Of a DNA stretch of 64,000 bases, positions 1 through 11,134 are shown piece after piece. The position numbers were made by a program, and so were the translations under genes. The stretch's first letter is position 1; every line of letters begins with the position of its first letter. Location: NCBI GenBank assembly GCA_038087875.1, contig CM075993.1:11100001-11164000 (forward strand). Reading direction: 5' to 3'. A model generated the notes under the pieces. It was given only the letters and a program-made list of their open reading frames with translations, was not told the origin of the DNA and did no database searches. This stretch comes from Malacoraja senta. Lineage: Eukaryota.

Positions 1-100
1 TGGGTGTAGGATAGTGTTAATGTGTGGGGATCGCTGGTCGGCGTGGACCCGGTGGGCCGAAGGGCCTGTTTCCATGCTGTATCTCTAAACTAAACCAAAC
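1..100 (+). mobile_element. HE1-type V-SINE, 3' end
   Basis: GGGCCGAAGGGCCTGTTTCC..CTGTATCTC followed by a (TAAAC)n tail, as in the full copies elsewhere in the window. Confidence 0.8.
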
Positions 101-383
101 TATTTGGAGATTATATGTTTAAGAAGGAACCGCAGATGCTGGAAAATTAAAGGTAGACAAAAATGCTGGAGAAACTCAACGGGTGAGGCAGCATCTATGG
201 AGCGAAGGAAATAGGCAACGTTTCGGGCTTTATATAGGTGTTGGTGAGGCCACATCTGGATTACCATACAGTGTTGCTCTCCTTATTCAAGAATGTAAAT
301 GTATTGGAAGCTGTTCAGAGTAGGTTTTCTGGACTGGAATGATAGGTTGTCTTCTGGAGAAAGATTTGGAAGCCTTTTTCAGA

Positions 384-414
384 CTGAAGAAGGGTCTCGA
401 CCCAAAACGTCACC
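384..414 (+). ncRNA. Degenerate minimal hammerhead ribozyme motif in a Penelope-like terminal repeat
   Basis: CTGAAGA-A-GGGTC-TC-GACCC-AAAAC-GTC; G12 is mutated at a CpG. Confidence 0.5.
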
Positions 415-789
415 CATTCCTTCTCTCCAGAGATGCTGCCTATCCCGCAGAGTTACTCCAGCTTTTTAGTGTCTATTGTGTGTTCTACACAAGATTCTCC
501 ATCTGCACCTTCCTTGTATCTCCACATTGAATGCAAAGCCTGGTAGACGGAAGGTGAGGACCAAGGGAACTCTTGTTTCTCTGCGAGTAAAAAAACAACT
601 TATTTTCACTCTCCCAGTTGTGACAAAGGGAATTGGACAAAGCATTGAACTTAGATAGACACAAAAAACTGGAGTACCTCAGCAGGTCAGGCAGCATCTC
701 TGGAGGTGACGTTTCTGGTTGAGACCCTTCTCCAGAGATGCTGTCTGACCCGCTGAGTTACTCCAGCTTTTTGTGTCTATCTTCGGTTC

Positions 790-1390
790 AAACCTTCCTA
801 CGCATATCCTTTGCTCAGTCCGCGTGGACCTACTCGATCTCCCAACTGCCAAACACTTTAACTCCCCCACCCATTCCCGCACTGACCTTTCAGTCCTGGG
901 CCTCCTCCACTGTCAGAGTGAGACCCAATGCAAATTGGTGGAACAGCACCTCATATATGACAAAGGAATATTGTCGTTTTGGGCAGCTTATATCCCAGTT
1001 GTATGAATATTGATTTCTATTAACTTTAAGTAACCCTTGTCTCTCTGTTGCTCCCCCACCCAACTTGTTGTACTATTCAAAGCCATCATGTTGAGTTTCA
1101 TTGTCTATAACTCGTTTTCACCTAGCCCACAGCTAACGATGGCCTGTTTCTGATACGATACGATAGAACATTATTTATCCCAGGAGGGAAATTAATTACC
1201 AAGAGTCATTAAAAACACTTTATCATCGTTACTTTTATGCATATCTTTCATCCATTTGTTCTATATCTCTCCATATCACTGTCTATCTCTCTCGTTCTCT
1301 TCTCCCCTGAGTCTGAAGAAGGGTCTCGACCCGAAACATTAACCTATTCCTTTTCGCCAGAGATGCTGCCTGACCCGCTGAGTTACTCGT
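790..1390 (+). mobile_element. Penelope-like element fragment (GIY-YIG C-terminus plus terminal repeat)
   Basis: ORF 773..1006 reads DLPTAKHFNSPTHSRTDLSVLGLLHCQSETQCKLVEQHLI, typical of a PLE endonuclease end; a hammerhead-like core follows at 1313. Confidence 0.75.
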
Positions 1391-1710
1391 CATAGAGTGA
1401 TACAGCGGGGAAAGGCCCTTCGGCCCAACCTGCCCACACTGGCCAACATGTCCCAGCTACACTCGTCCCACCTGCCCACATTTCGTCCCTATCCCTACAA
1501 ATCTGTCCTATCCATGTACCTGTCAATCTGTTTCTTAAATGTTGGGATAGTCCCAGCCTCAACTACCTCCTCCGGCAGCTCGTTCCATACACCCACCACC
1601 CTTTGTGTGAAAAAGTTGCCCCTCAGAATCCTATTAAATCTTTCCCCCTTCACCGTCAACCTATGTCCTCTGGTCCTTGATTCCCCTACTCTGGGCAAGA
1701 GACTCTGTGC
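1390..1710 (-). mobile_element. CR1/HER1 LINE 3' fragment
   Basis: Minus frame SRTRGH..RGNFFTQRVVGVWNELPEEVVEAGT; tail shared with the SINEs. Confidence 0.85.
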
Positions 1711-1740
1711 ATACATGTCATGAATATCATGTAGATGAGT

Positions 1741-1771
1741 CTGAAGAAGGGTCTCGACCCGAAACATCACC
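1741..1771 (+). ncRNA. Minimal hammerhead ribozyme motif
   Basis: CTGAAGA-A-GGGTC-TC-GACCC-GAAAC-ATC: both conserved core boxes intact, stem III altered at a CpG. Confidence 0.55.
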
Positions 1772-2514
1772 CATTCCTTCTCTCCGGAGATGCTGCCTTG
1801 TCCCACTGAGTTTCTCCAGCACTTTGGGTCTATCTTCGGTATAAACCAGCATCTGCATTTTGTTTTCCTGTCTACATATTGCGCATGTCCTCATGTGAAG
1901 CCCGTCTGACAGCGACGGCCCCTGAGGTACTGGTGCTACGGACAGGCTGAGACGGACCCAGCCCCCCCCCTACACATTCTCAGCTGCGATAGACAGGATC
2001 AACACAAGCTGTACATTTTCACGACCAGATTCTGCTGTCAGTCCTTTCAGATTGATTTCATTATTTTAATGACACTTATTATCAGGATGAATTTGAATCC
2101 CCTGATTTCTGAGCTGTGAAGATAATGTAACAATTTGAAGATTGGACACGATAAAAATCCCCCTCTCTGTGGCAGTTGCTTTATTATGACAATAAAACAT
2201 AGTTGAATGCAGATTCAAAATAAATGGCCTGTGATTCAAAGCCTGGAAGTGATGCAATATGTCACACAAGACATACAGCTATTGTTTTAGCACCCAGAGA
2301 TATTTTATCATCATTTGTCTGCTGGCCACTAACCTTCTACACATCATTGCCTGCTCCTGCTTAGTTAGTTTGTCAAGGTCAGGGTGCTATGGCCGGTTAT
2401 GGATGTTCAACTATTAAGGAACCAACATAGGCCTGGCATAAACGGATTTAAATACTCGTGTCGGATCAGCACAACTTGACTCCAGCAGTCCAGGGATTTC
2501 TCCAGACTGGGGGG

Positions 2515-2890
2515 TTGGAGGTACAGGAGCCTGAAAACTGTAACGTCCAGGAACAGCTTCTTCCCCACAGCCATCAGGCTAGTAAACCGGACAACCTCAA
2601 GTAAACTCTGAACTACAATAGAGTATTATTGTTATTATTGCTGCACGATTATAGTTTGTTTTTTATGTGTACGTGTGTAAATATATACATATATATGATC
2701 TATATACTGCATATGTGTATTTGTGAGTAAGTGTATAGAAACATACATTGAACTTTTTTCCCTCTCATTTATTATATTGTTCACAGTGTACTATGTTTAC
2801 ATATTGTGTTGTGCTGCAGCAAGTAAGAATGTCATTGTTCTCTCTGGGACATATGACAATAAAACACTCTGGACTCTCTTGATTCTTGAA
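2515..2890 (+). mobile_element. Rex1/Babar-like LINE 3' end
   Basis: YRSLKT..RNSFFPTAIRL-like ORF end; 3' UTR ending TGACAATAAA plus a short-repeat tail. Confidence 0.6.
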
Positions 2891-3134
2891 AGCAGGAAGA
2901 CTGGAATGAGAATCGTCACGTATTTAGGCAGAATGTTTTAATAGTAACTCCGCAGGAAGCTTTCAGTCGCTCCGTGGCTGGTATTCTAGAGACTTGCACC
3001 TCCTCCAACCTCATCTACTGTTCAGTTCAGTTTAGTTTACTGTCACGTGTATCGAGGTACAGTGAAAAGCTTTCGCTGCGTACAATCCAGTCATCAGGAC
3101 CACAATACATGATTACAATCGAGCCATTTACATC

Positions 3135-3790
3135 ATAAGGGAATATCTGAGGAAGGATGTGCTGGCTCTGGAGAGGGTCCAGAGGAGGTTTACAAGAATG
3201 ATTCCAGGAATGAGTGGGTTGGCATATGATGAGTGCTTGACAGTATTCGCTGGAGTTTTGAAGGTTGAGGGGGGACCTCATTGAAAGTTACAAAATAATA
3301 AAAGGCATAGATAGAGTGGATGTGGAGAGGATGTTTCCACTGACAATAGACAATAGACAATAGGTGCAGGAGTAGGCCATTTGGCCCTTCGAGCCAGCAC
3401 CGCCATTCAATATGATCATGGCTGATCATCCCCAATCAATACCCTGTTCCTGCCTTCTCCCTATATCCCCTATTTTTAAGAGCCCTATCTAGCTCTCTCT
3501 TGAAAGCAAGTGGGAGAGTCTAGGAGCAGAGGTCATAGCCTCAGAATTAAAGGATGCTCTTTTAGAAAGGAGGTGAGTAGCTACTTCTTTAGTCAGAGGG
3601 TAGTTAATCTGTGGAACTCATTGCCACAGAGGGATGTGGAGGCCCAGTGGATATTTTTAAGGCAGAAATAGACAAATTCTTGATTAGAACGGGTGAAAGG
3701 GTTATGGAGAGAAGGCAGGAAAATGGGATTAGGAGGCAGAGATCAGCCATGATTAAATGGCGGAGTAGATTCGATGGGCCGAATGGACCT
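3135..3790 (+). mobile_element. CR1 3' fragment interrupted by an inverted CR1 tail (~3341-3507)
   Basis: CR1 ORF2-end and 3' UTR motifs; the inner copy has an (AATAGAC)n tail on the plus strand. Confidence 0.75.
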
Positions 3791-5284
3791 CTGGTCCTAG
3801 GCTCTCCCACCAGTAGAAACATCCTTTCCACATCTACTCTATCTAAGCCTTTCATTATTCTTTATTCAGGCTAGGACTTCAAGTAACTCTTGTTTTCCAT
3901 CTGGCTCAGTCCCTCCCCCACCCTAGTACTCCGACTAGTTTCAATGTCCTTCTGATTAATTTACTGATTGTTTGCCTTCCGCTCAGCAAACAATGAACTA
4001 TTCTGCATTTCCTTATCATCGTCTGCTTTGATCTATTGTTTTCACACCTTACCCTTCTATATCTCTGGACTCCCGCTCGATTCTCAGTCTGAAGAAGTGT
4101 CACCCGTTCCTTCCCTCCAGAGTGGCTGCCTGTCCGCTGAGTTACTCCAGCATTTTGTGTCTACCTTCGGAGTTTATTCCTTGTGGAGCAGGAGGATGAG
4201 GGGGATAAACGCTCGGAGTCTCTTGCCCAGAGTAGGGGAATCGAGAACCAGAGGACATAGGTGAGTGGGGGAACGATTTAATAGGAACCTGAGGGGGAAG
4301 GTTTTTACACAAAGGGTGGTTGGGTGTATGGAACGAGCTGCCAGAGGAGGTAGTTGAGGCAGGGACTATCCCAACATTTAAGAAGCATTTGGACAGGTAC
4401 ACGCACGGTGCATGGATAAGACAGGGATATGCGGCAAACGCAGGCAACACTAGTGTAGATGGGACATGATGGTTGGCATGGGCAAGATGGGCCGAAGGGC
4501 CTGTTTCCGCACTGTATGACTATGACTCTATGAAATCCCACCTCCAGGAACAGCTCCAATTTGTTTCCAGATGGAACTCAATGAAGCATCCGAGCCAAAC
4601 AAGGCAGTGCTCATCCTCACCACCCAGTTGGCATTATGCAGAGCCCCTTTTAAGGGCGGCACAGTGGCACAGTTGGTAGAGCTGCTGCCTCACTGTGCCA
4701 GTCACCCAGCTTCGATTCTGATGTCGGCTGTTGTCTGTGCGGAGTTTGCACGTCCTTCCTGTGACTGCGTGCATTTCCTTCCCCATCCCAATATGTGTGG
4801 GTTTCTCATAAGGTCATAAGGAATAGTAGAATTAGGCCATTTGGCCCATCAAGTCTACTCCGCCATTCAATCATGGCTGATCTATCTCTCCCTCCTAACC
4901 CCATTCTCCTGCCTTCTCCCCATAACCTTTGACACCCGTACTAATCAAGGATCTATCTATCTCTGCCTTAAAACTATCCGTTGACTTGGCCTCTGCAGCC
5001 TTCAGTAGCGAATAATTCCACAGATTCACCACCTTCTGACTATAGAGGTGTAGGTTAATTGGTCCTCTGTAAGTTTCCCCGAATGTGTAGGGAGTGGGTG
5101 TGAAAGTGGGATAAGATAGGACTAGTGTGAATGGGCGATCAATGGTTGGCGTGGACTCAGTGGGTTGAGGGGCCCGTTTCTGTGCTGTATCTTTTAATCA
5201 ATCATTTTCAACCAAATAAATCATTTAGTTGTTAAATCTCCTCTCCCCAACACCGGTTAGATAATGTTGTTTCTGTGAACTTGA

Positions 5285-6145
5285 GTAGAGTTGCTACCTT
5301 ACAGTGCCGGGGACCCGGGTTCGATCCTGACTACGGGTGCTGTCAGAACAAAGAAGAACAAAGGGAAGAGATAAGACTTTGCCTTCCATCACAGTGAGGA
5401 GATGGGGTTGGACAGGCTAGATGCAGGAAGATTGTTCCCGATGTTGGGGAAGTCCAGGACAAGGGGTCACAGCTTAAGGATAAGGGGGAAATCCTTTAAG
5501 ACCGAGATGAGGAAAAACTTTTTCACACAGAGAGTGGTGAATCTCTGGAACTCTCTGCCACAGAGGGTAGTTGAGGCCAGTTCATTGGCTATATTTAAGA
5601 GGGAGTTAGATGTGGCCCTTGTGGCTAAAGGGATCAGGGGGTATGGAGAGAAGGCAGGTACGGGATACTGAGTTGGATGATCAGCCATGATCATATTGAA
5701 TGGCGGTGCAGGCTCGAAGGGCCGAATGGCCTACTCCTGCACCTATTTTCTATGTATCTATGTATCTAGGAGATGTTGGAGACTCACTGTGATGGATGTT
5801 TGTGTAAACTGTGTTAAGTGTGGGTCTTGTTTTTTTTTGTAATGTAAGACTAGAAAATGCAATTTTGTTCAAACCGAGATGTTTGAATGACAATAAAAGG
5901 CATTCTATTCTATTCTCTATTCCATTCTGTCTGCACGGAGTTTGCACGTCCTCCCTGTGACCTGCGTGGGGTTTCTCCGGGTGCTCCGGTTTCCTCCCAC
6001 ATTTCAAACGATGTGCAGGTTTCTGTAAATTGTTCCTGGTGTGTAGGATGGAGCTAGCGTACGGGGTGATCACTGGTAAACATGGACCCCGTGGGCCAAA
6101 GGGCTTGTTTCCACGCTGTATCTCCAAAATTAAATTAAATTAAAC
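5285..6145 (+). mobile_element. HE1-type SINE hosting a Rex1-tail element (5345-5926), which hosts a CR1 (5405-5767)
   Basis: B box GTTCGATCC; TSD CTGTC at 5340-5344/5927-5931; inner TSD AGGAGATG at 5397-5404/5768-5775. Confidence 0.8.
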
Positions 6146-6440
6146 ATTTGAGCACGATATCATCAAAACCTACAGAGCTCCTCCGCCACTACTTTAGACG
6201 AATAAAAATTTCCAAATTTAAAGTCGGCTACAACTCACATAATATCCACTTGGTCTTTGTTGCAGTTTCACCTGATTTGATCTTGGTTTAACACAGGTGG
6301 ATTTGTTTTTCATTATATATTAAGAGAGAAGATTTAGTCCATGGAGACACAAGGAACTGCAGATGCCAGAATCTTGAGCAAAGCACTCTGTGCTGGAGAT
6401 TACTTTTGACTGTATTATTATTATCTATTTATTTGGCCCC

Positions 6441-6780
6441 ATGGCAGAAGCATCCACGTCGCGGGGCTGGATACTGGAAGTATCCTGAGCTACGTTTGCG
6501 ACCACCATCATCTATTGCGACCAGTGATGGCTTCCAACATTGTCGCCGGAAGCTTGCGTCCTTTTCAGGACGGACGATGACAGCGAGGTCAATATTTGTA
6601 ACAAGATGGACTCGAAAAGAAGAAGAAGTTCTATTTATTTATTTTTTAATATATATACTGACGTTTGTTGTTGTTTATTGTGGGTTTTACATGTTTACAT
6701 ATTACGTTGTGCTGCTGCAAGTAAGAGTTTCATTGTTCCGATTTGGGACATAAGACAATAAAACACTCTCGACTCTTCAC
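6441..6780 (+). mobile_element. Non-autonomous retroposon with a Rex1-like 3' tail
   Basis: Tail GTGCTGCTGCAAGTAAGA..GACAATAAAACACTC matches 2800-2880, but the head is unrelated and not recognisably coding. Confidence 0.5.
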
Positions 6781-7155
6781 TCTCCCCACAGACGCTGCCT
6801 GACCAGCTGGGTGTTTTTTGAATGTTTTTCTTTTATCTCAGATTTCCAGCATCTGCGTTTTTTAATACATTTTTGTGTCGCTGATATGTAAAAATGTTTA
6901 AAATTCAGCCAAGAAATTGATTTAAAAATGGGAAAATATATACATGGGAGTAAACTAACGTAAAATATTGAAACTTAGAGACAGAAAAATAGATGCAGGA
7001 TTAGGCCATTCGGCCCTTCCAGCCGGCACCGACATTCAATATGATCATGGCTGATCATCTAAAAATCAGTATCCCGTTCCTGCTTTCTCCCCATACCCCT
7101 TGATTTCTTTAGCCCAAAGAGATAAATCTAACTGCCTCTTGAAACCATCCAGTTG

Positions 7156-7497
7156 ATACAATACAATACAATTTATTTGTCATTCGGACCCCGTTGAGGT
7201 CCAAACGAAATGTCGTTTCTGCAGCCATACATCACAAAATGAAAAAGACCGGAGACACGACACAATTTACACATACATCCATCACAGCGCTGTGATGGAA
7301 GGCAAAAAGACTTATCTCTCCACTGCACTCCCCCCCCCCGATGTCAGAGTCAAAGTCAAAGCCCCCGGTGGGCGATGGTGATTGTCCCGCGGCCATTAAA
7401 GCCACGCCGGGCGATGCAAGGTCGCGCACCGGGTCTTGGTGTTAGAGCCCCGGCGCACGCTCGCAAAGTCCCGCGGCATTCCAAGCCACGCGGGGCT
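7156..7497 (-). mobile_element. GC-rich non-autonomous retroposon fragment inserted in a CR1 tail
   Basis: CpG-rich body, 22-bp palindrome at 7278-7299, minus-strand TGACAAATAAA end with an (ATTGT)n tail. Confidence 0.55.
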
Positions 7498-8169
7498 TGG
7501 CCTCCACTGCCTTCAGTGGCAGAGAATTCCACAGATTCACAACTCTATGGGTGAAAACTATTTTCCTCATCTCAGTTGCAGGCTGTCAGAACGCAGAACA
7601 TCAAACATGGAGCTGCGCAGCAAAGGACAGGCCATTCGGCCCACAATGTCTATGCCAAACATGAAGCCAAGACCACGTCGTAACTGCCTGCATTTAACCC
7701 ACAGCCCTCCATTCTCTGTTCATCCCTATGTCTATTCAATAGCTTCTTAAATGCTACTAATGCATCTGCTTCAATATCTAACCCCCACAGCGCGTTCCAG
7801 GCACTCACCTCCCTGGTAGTGGTGGGAAGGGTGGGAGGGTGGGGGTGGGCGGGGGGGGGGGTGGGGGTTGGGGGAGAGGGGGGGGAAGTGGAGTCAGTCT
7901 ACTCCACGACAGATGGGGGCAGGAGTTGTGCAGGTACAGAAGGGGGAGGAGATGGTTTTATTGTCATATGTCCCAGATAGAACAATGACATTCTTACTTG
8001 CAGCAGCACAACAGAATGTGTAAACATAGTACACTGTGAACAATATGATAAACAAGAGAGAAACAAAAAGTTCAGTGTGTATATGTACATATACACATAC
8101 AAATACACACATTTAGATCATGTATAGTATATATATATATACACACACACACACACAAAAGCATTATAA

Positions 8170-9450
8170 TAATAATAATAGATTTTATTTATATAGAGCT
8201 TTTCAGGACTCAAAGTCGCTTTACATTGAGAGTCAGGAATAAACAAAACAAAATAGAGCAGTAACACAGAGGGGAGGGGAACATGGGACTAAGGGTATGC
8301 AGAGGTGAAGAGATGGGTCTTGAGGCGGGACTGGAAGATGGTGAGGGACTCAGAATTTCGGATCAGTTGTGGGAGGGAATTCCAGAGCCTGGGAGCTGCC
8401 CTGGAGAAGGCTCTGCCTCCAAAAGTGCAGAGGTTTGATTTCGGAGTGGAGAGGAGACCGGCTGACGTGGATCTGAGGGACCGTGAGGGTTGGTAGGGGG
8501 AGAGGAGGTCAATGAGATAAGGGGGGGGGGAGGTTGTTGAGGGCTTTGTAGGTGAGGACCAGGATTTTGTAGGTGATCCGGTGGGAAATGGGAAGCCAGT
8601 GAAGTTCTTTGAGAACTGGGGTGATGTGGTGCCAGGATTTGGTGTGGGTGACGAGTCGAGCGGCTGCATTTTGGACCAGTTGGAGTCGGTTGATGTTGCT
8701 GGAATTGATTCCGAAAAGAAGAGAGTTACAGTAGTCCAGTCGGGAGGAGATGAAGGCATGGATGAGTCTTTCAGCAGCGGGGGGTGTGAGAGAGGATCTG
8801 ATTTTTGCAATGTTGCGGAGGTGAAAAAATGATGTTTTGACAACATGGCGGATGTTAGGCTCAAGGGAGAGGGTTGAGTCAAGGATCATGCCAAGGTTGC
8901 GGGCCTGAGGAGATGGGGAGACAGTGGTGCCGTCGATAGTGAGAGTGGGGTTGTTAATTTTAGTGAGTGTTGATTTGGAGCCAATGAGGAGAAATTCTGT
9001 TTTGCTACTGTTTAATTTAAGGAAGTTGAGTTGCATCCAAGATTTGATGGCTGATAGGCAGGAGTTGATATGGGAGAGAGGGGGGTGGTGGGGGGACTTG
9101 GTGCTGAGATAGATCTGGGTGTCATCAGCATAGCAGTGGAAGTCCAGGTTGAAGTGACGGAGTATATGACCAAGGGGGAGGATGTAGATGATGAAGAGGA
9201 GGGGACCAAGAACGGAGCCTTGGGGAACGCCTTGAATGACAGTGGCTGTGGCAGAGGTGTGGTTGTGGAGAGAGATGAAGTGGGATCGGTTGGAAAGGTA
9301 GGAACGGAACCAGCTGAGTGCAGAACCTTCAATGCCAAGGTCCCTAAGTCTGGTGAGCAGGATGTTGTGGTTGACGGTATCGAAGGCTGCACTCAGGTCG
9401 AGGAGGATGAGGATATTGAGGGAGCCAGTGTCAGCAGAGGTAAGGAGGTC
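8170..9450 (-). mobile_element. L2-clade LINE, 5'-truncated, with RT domain and C-terminus
   Basis: Minus frame LLDLSAAFDTVNH..GVPQGSVLGPLLF..YADDTQIY continues into ORF 8509..9036 (SRLDYCNS..LQLVQNAAAR..LHWLP); one frameshift at the G-run 8521-8530 leads to the C-terminus AAPRLWNSLP..LKTHLF. Confidence 0.9.
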
Positions 9451-10065
9451 ATTGGCATGTTGGCCTTTATAACAAGAGGAGTCGAGTATAGGAGCAAAGA
9501 GGTCCTTCTGCAGTTGTACAGGGCCCTAGTGAGACCACACCTGGAGTATTGTGTGCAGTTTTGGTCCCCTAATTTGAGGAAGGACATTCTTGTTATTGAG
9601 GGAGTGCAGCGTAGGTTTACAAGGTTAATTCCCAGGATGGCGGGACTGTCATATGCTGAGAGAATGGAACGGCTGGGCTTGTACACTCTGGAGTTTAGAA
9701 GGATGAGAGGGAATCTTATTGAAACATATAAGATTGTTAAGGGCTTGGACACACTAGAGGCAGGAAACATGTTCCCGATGTTGGGGGAGTCCAGAACCAG
9801 AGGCCACAGTTTAAGCCATTTAGAACAGAGATGAGGAAACACTTTTTCTCACAGCGAGTTGTGAGTCTGTGGAATTCTCTGCCTCAGAGGGCGGGGGAGG
9901 CCGGTTCTCTGGATGCTTTCAAGAGAGAGGGCTCTTAAAGATAGCGGAGTCAGGGGATATGGGGAGAAGGCAGGAACGGGGTACTGATTGGGGATGATCA
10001 GCCATGATCACATTGCTGGCTCGAAGGGCCGAATGGCCTACTCCTGCACCTATTGTCTATTGTCT
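9451..10065 (+). mobile_element. CR1 LINE 3' fragment
   Basis: LYRALVRPHLEYCVQFWSP..SRTRGH; (ATTGTCT)n tail. Confidence 0.9.
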
Positions 10066-10375
10066 AATAGCCTGATGGCTGTAGTGAAGAAGCTGTTCCT
10101 GAACCTGGACGTTACAGTTTTCAGGCTCTTGTACCTTCTTCCCGATGGCAGGAGTGAAATGAGTGATTGGCCAGGTTGGTGTGGGTCTCTGATGATGCTG
10201 GCTCCCTTTTCGAGGCAGCGACTCCGGTAAATCCCTTTGATGGGGGGGAGGTCAGAACCCGATGATGGACTGGGCAGTGTTCACCACGTTTCGCAGTCTT
10301 CTTCGCTGCTGGGCATTCAAGTTGCCGAACCAGGCCGTGATGCAACGAGTCAATATGCTCTCTACTCTGCACCTG
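10066..10375 (-). mobile_element. Rex1/Babar-like ORF end; its 3' UTR probably lies at 7953-8165
   Basis: Minus strand encodes LQRVVNTAQSII..LLPSGRRYKSLKT..RFRNSFF-like motifs; matches 2515-2890. Confidence 0.6.
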
Positions 10376-10419
10376 AGTTGTACAGTTAAATGCTGCCTGA
10401 CCCATTGAGTTTATAGATT

Positions 10420-10700
10420 TTAATTTTAGAGATACAGTTTTAGAGATACAGGCCCACCGGGTCCGCAGCGACTAGCGATCCCCGCACATTAACACAACCC
10501 CACACACACTAGGGACAATTTACATTTTATACCAAGCCAATTAAACTACAAACCCGCACGTCTTTGGAGTGTGGGAGGAAAACAAAGATCTCGGAGAAGT
10601 CCCATGCTGGTCATGGGGAGAACGTACAAACTCTGCACAGACAGCACCCGTAGTCAGGATCGAACCCTGTTCTCTGGTGCTGTGAGGCAGAAGATCCACG
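10420..10700 (-). mobile_element. HE1-type SINE
   Basis: Reverse complement of the B box, V-domain core and CR1-like tail. Confidence 0.8.
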
Positions 10701-11134
10701 GCTTTGACCGACATGCCGCCCACTGAGTTACTCCTGCACTTGTTTTCCACACAAGAGTCCAACTCCTTGTGTCTACCAGAGACGTCACTGACCTTTAAAA
10801 CAAATAAATTCCAACGACACACAACACAGAGTGTAGAAACAAAGAACTGCAAGGATAGGGTGCATGAACCATGTCTTATCTCCAGCTTGGCTAAACAAGA
10901 ACAAGGGGATAGGTTTAAGGTGAGATGGGAAAAACTAATTGGAATCTGATGGGCATCTGAGGAGTGGATGTGGAGAGGATGTTTCCACTAGTGGGAGAGT
11001 CTAGGACTAGAGGTCATAGCCTCAGAATTAAAGGACGTTCTTTTAGGAAGGTGATAAGGAGGAATTTCTTTAGTCACAGGGTGGTGAATCTGTGGAATTA
11101 TCTTCCGCAGAAGGCTGTGGAGGCCAAGACACTG

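Noticed and set aside
9070..9834. 254-aa ORF
   Set aside because: Antisense L2 sequence fused in frame to a CR1 fragment; not a gene
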